From Propionibacterium ruminifibrarum (GTDB lineage: Bacteria > Actinomycetota > Actinomycetes > Propionibacteriales > Propionibacteriaceae), in contig NZ_OMOH01000011.1 in assembly GCF_900289195.1 (NCBI RefSeq), positions 1 to 32,000 on the forward strand: a DNA stretch of 32,000 nt, in the 5' to 3' direction. Of this stretch, positions 1-8,613 are shown in pieces (the stretch's first letter is position 1; each line of letters opens with the position of its first letter). Position numbers and translations under genes: made by a program. Under the pieces are notes generated by a model. The model searched no databases, had not been told where the DNA came from, and saw only the letters and a list, made by a program, of their open reading frames with translations.

Positions 1-149
1 GAGGGGACCTCGGTGTCGACCTTGTCCGTGCTGACTTCCAGCAGGGCTTCGTCTGCGTCGACGTGCTCGCCCACCTCCTTGAGCCAACGGGAAATGGTGG
101 CCTCGTTCACGCTTTCGCCCAGAGTGGGGAGAATGACTTCGGTCGACAT
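1..149 (-). CDS. 2-oxoacid dehydrogenase E2 (dihydrolipoamide acyltransferase), N-terminal lipoyl domain only; the rest runs off the left edge
   Basis: Reverse translation from ATG (149-147) gives [49 protein letters not shown]. This is a lipoyl-attachment domain with the TDK lipoyl-lysine motif. AAGGAG lies about 13 nt upstream. The gene is absent from the ORF track because it is truncated. Confidence 0.85.
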   Translation of the reverse strand, partial: MSTEVILPTLGESVNEATISRWLKEVGEHVDADEALLEVSTDKVDTEVP

Positions 150-320
150 GGTGCTACCGGACTCCTTCGCCAGAGTTCTTGGAGGATCGCCCGCCGGCAC
201 GACTCCGGTGGGATCTCTGCGGTCAGCCTAACCCCAAAGGACAGCGCGTGTCGGGCCCCGGAAGGCACGTGCGGGGTCCGGTCACCATGCCAGGAGCGAA
301 CACGACGGCACCCGGTTCGG

Positions 321-410
321 GAGGTCCCCACGCGGAGTCGGGACTGGACCCCGGTGTTGTTGCACCGGGTTTTCTCGTTCGAGAGTCCCCCTCGGAGCCG
401 GGACTGGATC
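321..410. repeat. Two copies of a ~30-nt hairpin-forming module (321-350 and 381-410) at exactly 60-nt spacing
   Basis: cgcggagtcgggactggacc (331-350) and ctcggagccgggactggatc (391-410) match at 17 of 20 positions. Each copy can fold as GTCCC/AGTCCC - 10-11 nt loop - GGGAC/GGGACT. Confidence 0.6.
350..373 (+). terminator. Intrinsic-terminator-like hairpin on the + strand with no + strand gene upstream in the window
   Basis: CCCGGTG (350-356), loop ttgttg, CACCGGG (363-369), followed by TTTTCTCGTT. On the - strand the hairpin has no U-tail. Confidence 0.4.
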
Positions 411-453
411 GTCCGCGGTCCGGCCCACTGCCCTCGTCGGTGCGGTGGGACGC

Positions 454-678
454 TCACTCCTCCTGCTCGCCGAGTCCCATCGGGCCGTAGACGAGCTCAT
501 CGTCCTCGTACAGGCTGACCGAGGAGACGCCGTAGTCGGCCAGCTCGTCGAAACTCTCACCGAGCCAGGACTCGGCGTCCTCGCGGGTGTCGAATTCGCG
601 GCCGAGTCCGAGACCGTGACGCTCGTCCTCGCTGAGTTCGGCCTCGGGCTCGAGCTCTTCCTCCCAGCGGAAACTCAT
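454..678 (-). CDS. Small (74 aa) highly acidic hypothetical protein
   Basis: MSFRWEEELEPEAELSEDERHGLGLGREFDTREDAESWLGESFDELADYGVSSVSLYEDDELVYGPMGLGEQEE. Third-position GC bias is strong. The ATG (678-676) overlaps the TGA of the upstream DUF3043 gene (ATGA coupling). The longer 454..909 track ORF overlaps the DUF3043 frame, so I do not use its extension. Confidence 0.6.
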   Translation of the reverse strand: MSFRWEEELEPEAELSEDERHGLGLGREFDTREDAESWLGESFDELADYGVSSVSLYEDDELVYGPMGLGEQEE

Positions 679-1265
679 CAGTACTTCTCCCCTCGCTTGA
701 CGGCGCAGCCCGGGTTGCGGAAGCGGCGCAGGGTGATCATTCGGGACATCATGTCGGAGACCAGGCGCTTGCCCTTCGGGTTGAACCCGGGAATGCGCGC
801 GTATGCCTCCTTCTTGTATGAGCGCCAGCGGAAGAAGACGTCCATGCCGCAGAGCAGGAAGTAGGCCCAGATGCCGATGCTGGAGACGACGGAGAGCCAC
901 GGCAGCCACTGGGTGGCCAGCATGGCGGCGATGAGGATCAGCACGACGGGCCAGGCGAACTCGCAGACCGACCAGTGCGCGTCGACATTGTTGCGCAGCA
1001 GAACGCGCTCGGGGCGGGCATTGGCGGTGCGGAAGGCCTCCTCCCGCCGCCGGTAGTCGATCTCACGGTTACGGGCCCGCTGCTCCTTCTTCGTCAGGAC
1101 CGGGTGGAGGCGCTGCATGCGGGCGGCCTCGGCCTGCTTGCGGCTGGGGGTGGGAGCGTTCTTCGTGCGTGGCGCCGGCCGCTGGACGGGTGCCTCCGCC
1201 TCGGCGGCGTCCGCGACCTCCTCGTCGGCCGCCTTGGCCGTCTTCTTGAATCGCAGCGATGCCAC
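678..1265 (-). CDS. DUF3043-family membrane protein
   Basis: 195-aa ORF with a basic, disordered N-terminus and two TM helices (WPVVLILIAAMLATQWLPWLSVVSSIGIWAYFLLCG). The C-terminus ...LRRFRNPGCAVKRGEKY is typical of the actinobacterial DUF3043 family, from memory. Confidence 0.8.
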   Translation of the reverse strand: MASLRFKKTAKAADEEVADAAEAEAPVQRPAPRTKNAPTPSRKQAEAARMQRLHPVLTKKEQRARNREIDYRRREEAFRTANARPERVLLRNNVDAHWSVCEFAWPVVLILIAAMLATQWLPWLSVVSSIGIWAYFLLCGMDVFFRWRSYKKEAYARIPGFNPKGKRLVSDMMSRMITLRRFRNPGCAVKRGEKY

Positions 1266-1481
1266 GGGGTGCCCTTTCGTCGTGATTCCTGGCCACTGAT
1301 TCTAGGCCGGTCGGCGGGATCGGGTTCAACAGACCCCACCGTGGTGTCCGGTCATGGGGACGATCCGCTTCTGATGGCGAGATGATGGTGCCCATCCGAT
1401 CATTGAGGCAATAGGCTTGTGATGGTCCGCCCGTCGCGCATCCACGCGCAGGGCAACGCAGCGGAAGGATCGGACGCACCG

Positions 1482-2258
1482 ATGGCAGGAATCTTCGAAC
1501 GGCTCTCCATGATCTTCAGGTCGAAGGCGCACAAGGCCCTCGACAAGCACGAGGACCCCCGCGAGACCCTCGACTACTCCTATCAGCGCCAGCTGGAACT
1601 GTTGCAGAAGGTCCGCCGGGGTGTCGCCGACGTGGCGACCAGCCGCAAACGCGTCGAGATCCAGGGCAACCAGATCGGCCAGGAGATGGACAAGCTCACC
1701 GCCGCGGCCCAGCGTGCCCTCTCCCAAGGGCGGGAGGACCTCGCCCGCGAGGCCCTGACCCGCAAGTCCGGTCTGCAGGCCCAGCTCGACGATTTGCAGA
1801 CCCAGCACGCCGCCCTGGCCGAGGAGGAGGAGAAACTCGTCCGCGCCAGCACCCAGCTGCAGGCCCGCGTGGACGCCTTCCGCACCAGGAAGGAGACCAT
1901 CAAGGCGCAGTACTCCGCGGCCGAGGCCCAGACCCGTGTCAACGAGGCATTCACCGGGCTGAGCGATGAGCTCGGCGACGTCGGTGCGGCTGTCGCCCGG
2001 GCCGAGGACAAGACCGCTCAGCTGCAGGCCCGTGCCGGCGCCGTCGATGAGCTGCTCGCGTCGGGCGCCCTCAACGACCCCACCGGCACCTTCAAGGACG
2101 ACATCTCCCGTGAGCTCGACGCCATGGCCTCCTCGGCCTCGGTCGAGAACGAGCTCGCAGCCATGAAGACCCAGCTCGGTCTCGACGCCGGCCCCTCCGA
2201 GCCCGCGCCTCAGCTGGAACAGGGCCGGCAGGAGCAGACCGGGAACGACCAGGCCTGA
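1482..2258 (+). CDS. pspA: PspA/IM30 (phage-shock protein A family) membrane-stress protein
   Basis: MAGIFERLSMIFRSKAHKALDKHEDPRETLDYSYQRQLELLQKVRR... followed by long coiled-coil sequence, the canonical PspA/IM30 N-terminus. GGAAGGA RBS at 1463-1469. I use the internal ATG at 1482 of track ORF 1419..2258. Confidence 0.9.
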   Translation: MAGIFERLSMIFRSKAHKALDKHEDPRETLDYSYQRQLELLQKVRRGVADVATSRKRVEIQGNQIGQEMDKLTAAAQRALSQGREDLAREALTRKSGLQAQLDDLQTQHAALAEEEEKLVRASTQLQARVDAFRTRKETIKAQYSAAEAQTRVNEAFTGLSDELGDVGAAVARAEDKTAQLQARAGAVDELLASGALNDPTGTFKDDISRELDAMASSASVENELAAMKTQLGLDAGPSEPAPQLEQGRQEQTGNDQA

Positions 2259-2331
2259 CCGCCTGCACGCCGACTCCGTGGCCCCCGGCCGCGCCCGTGT
2301 CGCGCGTGACATGCCGGTACGGTGCAGACGT

Positions 2332-3225
2332 ATGAGAGTTCTCGTGGCGGCAGGCGCGATGGCCGGCTTCGACGCCTGGCGAGCCGGAGCCAGGGTCGGC
2401 CGCGCCTGGCGGACCGTCGGCGCTGACGTCGCGCTCGTGCCCCTGGCCGAGATGGGGCCGGGCTGGCAGCAGGCCAAGGAGAACCTGGCGGGGCCGGACA
2501 ACACCCTGTTCATCCCCCTCGACGGACGTGACCACGACAGCGGTCCCATGCTCTTGTCCTTCCTGAGCGGCGGCGGGCCGAGCACGCTCGTCGACGCCGT
2601 CGGGACGGGCCGGGCCGCCTCGGGCGTGGATCTCCTCGACATCGACCGGGTCCGTGACCACCTGGCCGAGCGGCCGCTCATCGGGCTGTGCCGTTCGGGC
2701 GAACAGGACACCGTGCTGGCCGGCGCACAGGGGCTGGCGGGCCGACGAGTGGACCTGCCGCTGCGCGAGCGCCTGGCCCTCGACAGGATGCTCCGGGCGT
2801 GGGCCGATCTGCTGGCCGCGAGCAGCAGCGACCCGTCCGGCCCGGCCGACGGCGCGACGCTGGCCGCCACCCCCGGATCCGGCGCCGGCGGGGGAGCGGG
2901 CGCCGTGGTCCAGGCACTCGGCGGACGAGTGCTCACCGGGCCGCAGGCCCTCGGCGAGATCGCCGACCTGGACCGGACGATCGCGGCAGCCGACCTGGTC
3001 GTCACCTGCTGCGAGGACTTCGACGTGGATGCCTGGGGCGGGCCGGTCGTCGAGTACGTCGTCCAGCGGGCCGCCGCGGCGGGACGGCCCGTCGTGGTCA
3101 TCACCGCGACGAACCACGTGAACCTGACCGGTCAGCGGCGCAACGGCGTCGAGGCGGTCCACGCCATCGGTACCGGAGACATCACGGATGCGTGCCTGAC
3201 ATTTGCGCAGAGCTGGTTCTGGTAG
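2332..3225 (+). CDS. Glycerate-kinase-family-like protein, apparently degenerate
   Basis: MRVLVAAGAMAG...VALVPLAEMGPGW at the N-terminus and ADLVVTCCEDFDVDAWGGPVVEYVVQRAAAAGRPVVVITATN at the C-terminus. These parallel the glycerate kinase pattern (MKIVIAPDSFKxS...VPxADGGEGT...ADLVITGEGxxDxQ...GK) but with key residues replaced. The start is uncertain (2311 or 2332). Confidence 0.55.
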   Translation: MRVLVAAGAMAGFDAWRAGARVGRAWRTVGADVALVPLAEMGPGWQQAKENLAGPDNTLFIPLDGRDHDSGPMLLSFLSGGGPSTLVDAVGTGRAASGVDLLDIDRVRDHLAERPLIGLCRSGEQDTVLAGAQGLAGRRVDLPLRERLALDRMLRAWADLLAASSSDPSGPADGATLAATPGSGAGGGAGAVVQALGGRVLTGPQALGEIADLDRTIAAADLVVTCCEDFDVDAWGGPVVEYVVQRAAAAGRPVVVITATNHVNLTGQRRNGVEAVHAIGTGDITDACLTFAQSWFW

Positions 3226-3300
3226 AAACTTGAGGGTGAGAACCGGGCCTGCTGCCAGGCCCGGCCCCATCTGGCTGGGAAAGGCGAGAAGAGGACCGAC

Positions 3301-3651
3301 ATGACAGATACCGTGACCGAGAAGATCACCGGCGTGACACTCACCGACGCCGCAGCCGAGAAGGCCGCCGGCCTGCTGCGCGCCGAGGGCCGCGACGACC
3401 TCGCGCTGCGCATCGAGGTGCAGCCCGGCGGGTGCGCGGGACTGCGTTATCGCCTGGCCTTCGACGACGAGCAGCTCGAGGGCGACCTCGTCGACCACTA
3501 CGACGGCGTCGACCTCGTCGTCGACCGGATGAGCGCCCCCTATCTCGGCGGGGCCGTCATCGACTACGCCGACACCATCGAACGGCAGGGTTTCACGATC
3601 GACAACCCGAACGCGGTGAGCACCTGCGCCTGCGGCGACTCCTTCCACTGA
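3301..3651 (+). CDS. HesB/IscA-family iron-sulfur cluster insertion protein
   Basis: 116 aa containing GGCAGLRYRL and a C-terminal CACGDSFH, the three-cysteine IscA/ErpA signature. A GAGAAGAGGA RBS lies upstream. Confidence 0.9.
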   Translation: MTDTVTEKITGVTLTDAAAEKAAGLLRAEGRDDLALRIEVQPGGCAGLRYRLAFDDEQLEGDLVDHYDGVDLVVDRMSAPYLGGAVIDYADTIERQGFTIDNPNAVSTCACGDSFH

Positions 3652-3712
3652 GCCGGCTCGCCCGCAGTGACGACCGGTTCGCGGCCCCGCGCACGTCCAG
3701 GGCCCCGGCCGG

Positions 3713-5269
<1,557 letters not shown>

Positions 5270-5351
5270 TCACGACGCTGCGGTGTCCGGCCGTGTCGTG
5301 AGGGGGTTACGATGGGTCAGTAATTTCCGTGCACAAGCAGAGGACGGTTCC

Positions 5352-5870
5352 ATGAGCAACGGCGCCAGCTCCGACTCCGCAGACCTGAAGGTCATCGTCT
5401 ACTCGGACGACCGCACCGTGCGTGAGCAGGTGCGTCTCGCCCTCGGACGCACCATCGCCTCGGATCTCCCTCAGCTCCAGATCAGCGAGTTCGCCACCCA
5501 GCCCGCCCTGTGGGCCGCCCTCGACGAGCAGGACTACGACGTCGCGGTTCTCGACGGCGAGGCCGTCCCGGCCGGGGGCATGGGCGTCGCCCACCAGATG
5601 AAGGACGAGTTCGCGCGCCCGCCCCTCGTCGTCCTGCTCGTGGCCCGCCCCGCCGACTCCTGGCTCGCCGCCTGGTCGAACGCGGAGGCGATCTCGCCCT
5701 ATCCCGTCGACCCCATCCGCCTGCCGCAGACGGTGGCCGACGTGGTGCGTGCGGCACGCGCCGAGGACGCCACGATGCCCATGACCCCCGAGGCCTTCGG
5801 CGCCCCGGGCCAGTCGAGCCGTCACGGGCTCGATGACCGACACGACGTCCCCAAGGAGATGACGGTTTGA
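5352..5870 (+). CDS. Stand-alone CheY-like receiver-domain protein with atypical conserved positions
   Basis: DLKVIVYSDDRTVREQV (acidic pair), YDVAVLDGEAVPAGGMG (phospho-acceptor Asp position), PLVVLLVARP (Ala where Thr/Ser is expected), ISPYPVDP (Tyr where the conserved Lys is expected). ATG at 5352 follows an AGAGGACGG RBS. The TGA (5868-5870) overlaps the trpD ATG. Confidence 0.6.
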   Translation: MSNGASSDSADLKVIVYSDDRTVREQVRLALGRTIASDLPQLQISEFATQPALWAALDEQDYDVAVLDGEAVPAGGMGVAHQMKDEFARPPLVVLLVARPADSWLAAWSNAEAISPYPVDPIRLPQTVADVVRAARAEDATMPMTPEAFGAPGQSSRHGLDDRHDVPKEMTV

Positions 5871-6919
5871 TGACTCAACTGACCTGGCCCAATCTCATCA
5901 CCGGACTCATCAATGGTCACGACCTCGACGACGAGGCCGGCGCGTGGGCCATGGATCAGCTGCTGTCCAACCAGACCAGCCCCGAGCAGATGAGCGGCTT
6001 CCTCGTCGCCCTGCGCTCCAAGGGCGAGACCAGTGCCGAACTGTCGACACTCGCCTCGGGCATGCTCGCCAAGGCACTGCCCCTGGAGCTGCCTCGCGAG
6101 GCCGTCGACGTCGTCGGCACCGGAGGGGACCGCGCCAACACGGTCAACATCTCGACGATGGCCTCCATCGTCACCGCAGCCAGCGGCCGCCCCGTCATCA
6201 AGCACGGCAACCGCGCGGCCAGTTCGATGTGCGGCACCGCCGAGTGCCTCGAGGCGCTCGGCGTCGTCATCGACCTGTCGCCCGAGGCGGAGGCGGCGGT
6301 GCTCGCCGAGACCGGCATCGTCTTCCTGTACGCCCAGCGCTACCACGCGTCGATGCGCCATCTCGGCCCCACCCGTAAGGCCCTCGGCGTGCAGACCGTG
6401 TTCAACTTCCTCGGCCCGCTGGCCAACCCGGCCAGGCCGCGCGCCCAGGCGCTCGGTGTCGCCGACGAGCGGACCGCCCCGCTCATGGCCGGTGTCCTGG
6501 CGGACCGCTGCGACCGCGGTTTCGTGTTCCACGGCACCGACGGTCTCGACGAGGTCACCACGACAGGGCCCTCGGACGTGTGGATCCTCGGGGGCGGGCG
6601 CTGCGAACGCACCATCCTCGACCCCGCCGATCTCGGCCTTCCCCCCGCCACCCGAGAGGATCTCGTCGGCGGTGACCCGGAGCACAACGCCCGCGTCGTC
6701 CGTGATGTCATGGCCGGGCGCCCCGGCCCGGTGCGCGACATCGTCACGCTGAACGCCGCTGCCGCGATGCTGGCCTTCGACGGCCCCGACTTCGACGAGC
6801 CCATCGCCGATCAGCTGCGCAGCCGCCTCGACCAGGCCCGCCGGGTCATCGACGAGGGTCGCGCCACCGAGCTGCTCGACACCTGGATCGCCTCCACCAC
6901 GGCGCACGCCGACGACTGA
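5870..6919 (+). CDS. trpD: Anthranilate phosphoribosyltransferase
   Basis: Motifs VDVVGTGGDRANTVNISTMA and KHGNRAASSMCGTAECLEALG. AAGGAG lies 12 nt upstream of the ATG at 5870. The track ORF starts at TTG 5867. Confidence 0.95.
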   Translation: MTQLTWPNLITGLINGHDLDDEAGAWAMDQLLSNQTSPEQMSGFLVALRSKGETSAELSTLASGMLAKALPLELPREAVDVVGTGGDRANTVNISTMASIVTAASGRPVIKHGNRAASSMCGTAECLEALGVVIDLSPEAEAAVLAETGIVFLYAQRYHASMRHLGPTRKALGVQTVFNFLGPLANPARPRAQALGVADERTAPLMAGVLADRCDRGFVFHGTDGLDEVTTTGPSDVWILGGGRCERTILDPADLGLPPATREDLVGGDPEHNARVVRDVMAGRPGPVRDIVTLNAAAAMLAFDGPDFDEPIADQLRSRLDQARRVIDEGRATELLDTWIASTTAHADD

Positions 6920-7012
6920 CGACGTCCTCACGGGCGGCCCCTCACCCGCGGATCTGCGCTCCGAGATGTGGGCTTGCGCCACGCCGGAGCCGTCATGGGC
7001 CATGATGGAACC

Positions 7013-7831
7013 ATGACTGACAACCCGACAAGCACGCCCTCCGCCAGCGAGCCCGACGACTCGACGCGCATCTTCACCCCGGGGCCGAGTACCCCGTACA
7101 CGGGGGACTCGCCGTCCCAGAACGTCCCGCCCGCGCCATCCCAGAGCACGGCCCCCACGTGGCGCAGCACCACGTCGGCGTCATCGGCCCCCTCCAGCAC
7201 TCCGGCCCCGGAACCGACTCCCGGTTGGCGGGGGATCCCCCCGCAGACACCTGCCTCGGCCTCGAGCGCCCCTGCGGCCCCCTCGTCCGTCGCCAGCGCC
7301 TCATGGGGCACCCAGCCGGCACAGCAGCCCCAGCCGGCCCAGCAGTGGGCCGCCCCGCAGGGCCAGCCGGTGCAACAGCAGCAGTCCTGGGGGCAGAACA
7401 CGGGCCAGCAGCCGGGCCAGGCGCCCCAGGGCGCCCCCTACGCCCAGCAGCAGATGCCGTATGCCGCCGCACCCCAGGCCAGCACCCCCGCCCCCGGGCA
7501 GAAGGACGGTCTGCGCGCCCTGTTCGACTTCGGTTTCACCAGCATGGTGACGCCCCTGCTCGTCAAGATCATCTACATCGTCGTGATGGTTCTGGCCGTC
7601 CTGTCGTGGCTCGCCGCCATCTTCATCAGTGTCGGCGCCGCCTCCGCCACCGACATCTACGGTCGGCGCAGTAGTGGCGGCGGGTTCCTGATCGTGCTGT
7701 CGATCCTGTTCGGCTGGATCCCCGGTGCGCTCGACATTCTGGTCACCCGGGTGCTCTGCGAGTTCGTCCTGGCGAGCCTGAAGACCCAGCGCGCGGCCGA
7801 GGAGATCCTCGCGCACCTGAAGTCCGAGTGA
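7013..7831 (+). CDS. DUF4282-type membrane protein with a long Pro/Gln/Ala-rich N-terminal region
   Basis: The C-terminal region GLRALFDFGFTSMVTPLLVKIIYIVVMVLAVLSWL...WIPGALDILVTRVLCEFVLASLKTQRAAEEIL matches the DUF4282 pattern. About 165 low-complexity P/Q/A/S residues precede it. The start could be 6968, 6995 or 7013. Confidence 0.7.
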   Translation: MTDNPTSTPSASEPDDSTRIFTPGPSTPYTGDSPSQNVPPAPSQSTAPTWRSTTSASSAPSSTPAPEPTPGWRGIPPQTPASASSAPAAPSSVASASWGTQPAQQPQPAQQWAAPQGQPVQQQQSWGQNTGQQPGQAPQGAPYAQQQMPYAAAPQASTPAPGQKDGLRALFDFGFTSMVTPLLVKIIYIVVMVLAVLSWLAAIFISVGAASATDIYGRRSSGGGFLIVLSILFGWIPGALDILVTRVLCEFVLASLKTQRAAEEILAHLKSE

Positions 7832-7862
7832 CCGTCCCGGCGCGACCTGCCGAGTCCTGGCG

Positions 7863-8573
7863 TCAGGGCGTTGCCGGCGGCCAGGCGAGGCAGGCGTAGG
7901 CGCCGAGCCACAGCGCCGGCCCGTAGGGGAAGGGCCCGTGACGGGTGCTCCCCATGGCATGGATGATCCCGGTCGCCGCGCCGATGACGGCTGTCGCCAT
8001 GACGGCAGCCACGGCGGCGGCCGGGCCGGTGCCGGCGGCGCCTGTCGCACCGGTCAGCGCGCCGAGCCCGACGGCCAGGCGGACGTCGGCGAAACCCAGG
8101 CCCGCGCCGGCCCGCCAGACCACCCAGAAGAAACCGCCCACACCCCCGGCCCCGGCGAGCGCGCCCACGACGAGCCGCGGTTCGCCGGCCAGGGCGGCGC
8201 CCAGCAGCAGTGCCGCACCCAGTTCGCCGAGCACCAGTCTCGTCAGGCCCCGGGGGATCCACGTCGAGGCGGCGTCGACCCCGGCCAGGACGACCCCGCC
8301 CGAACCCCAGATGAGCCAGGCCGGGGCAACCGGCCCGGCCATCACCGTCGCGGCCGAGCCGGCCGCGACGCCGAGCAGACAGGTGAGCCGTACCCGCCCG
8401 CCGGCGGCGAGTTCGGCATAGGGGGTCTTCTCGGACGCGCCCGGCACGGTGGGCGCGGGCTCGGGCTGGCGGGCCAGGAGCCGCAGGTGGATCGCGGCGA
8501 GCAGCAGTGCCGACACGAGGCACAGGACCCAGCAGAGCAGCCGGGCCGGCACGGCCGGGGGTGAGGTGGCCAT
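7863..8573 (-). CDS. A24-family prepilin (type IV leader) peptidase-like membrane protein
   Basis: Polytopic protein with GVDAASTWIPRG (first Asp motif), GLGFADVRLAVGLG (second, GxGD-like) and a C-terminal GPFPYGPALWLGA. The start is taken at MATSPP (8573). The longer track ORF would overlap the neighbouring gene. Confidence 0.7.
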   Translation of the reverse strand: MATSPPAVPARLLCWVLCLVSALLLAAIHLRLLARQPEPAPTVPGASEKTPYAELAAGGRVRLTCLLGVAAGSAATVMAGPVAPAWLIWGSGGVVLAGVDAASTWIPRGLTRLVLGELGAALLLGAALAGEPRLVVGALAGAGGVGGFFWVVWRAGAGLGFADVRLAVGLGALTGATGAAGTGPAAAVAAVMATAVIGAATGIIHAMGSTRHGPFPYGPALWLGAYACLAWPPATP

Positions 8574-8613
8574 GAGGCCGAGCCTAGGGGCCCCACGACC
8601 CGGCCGGAAGGGT

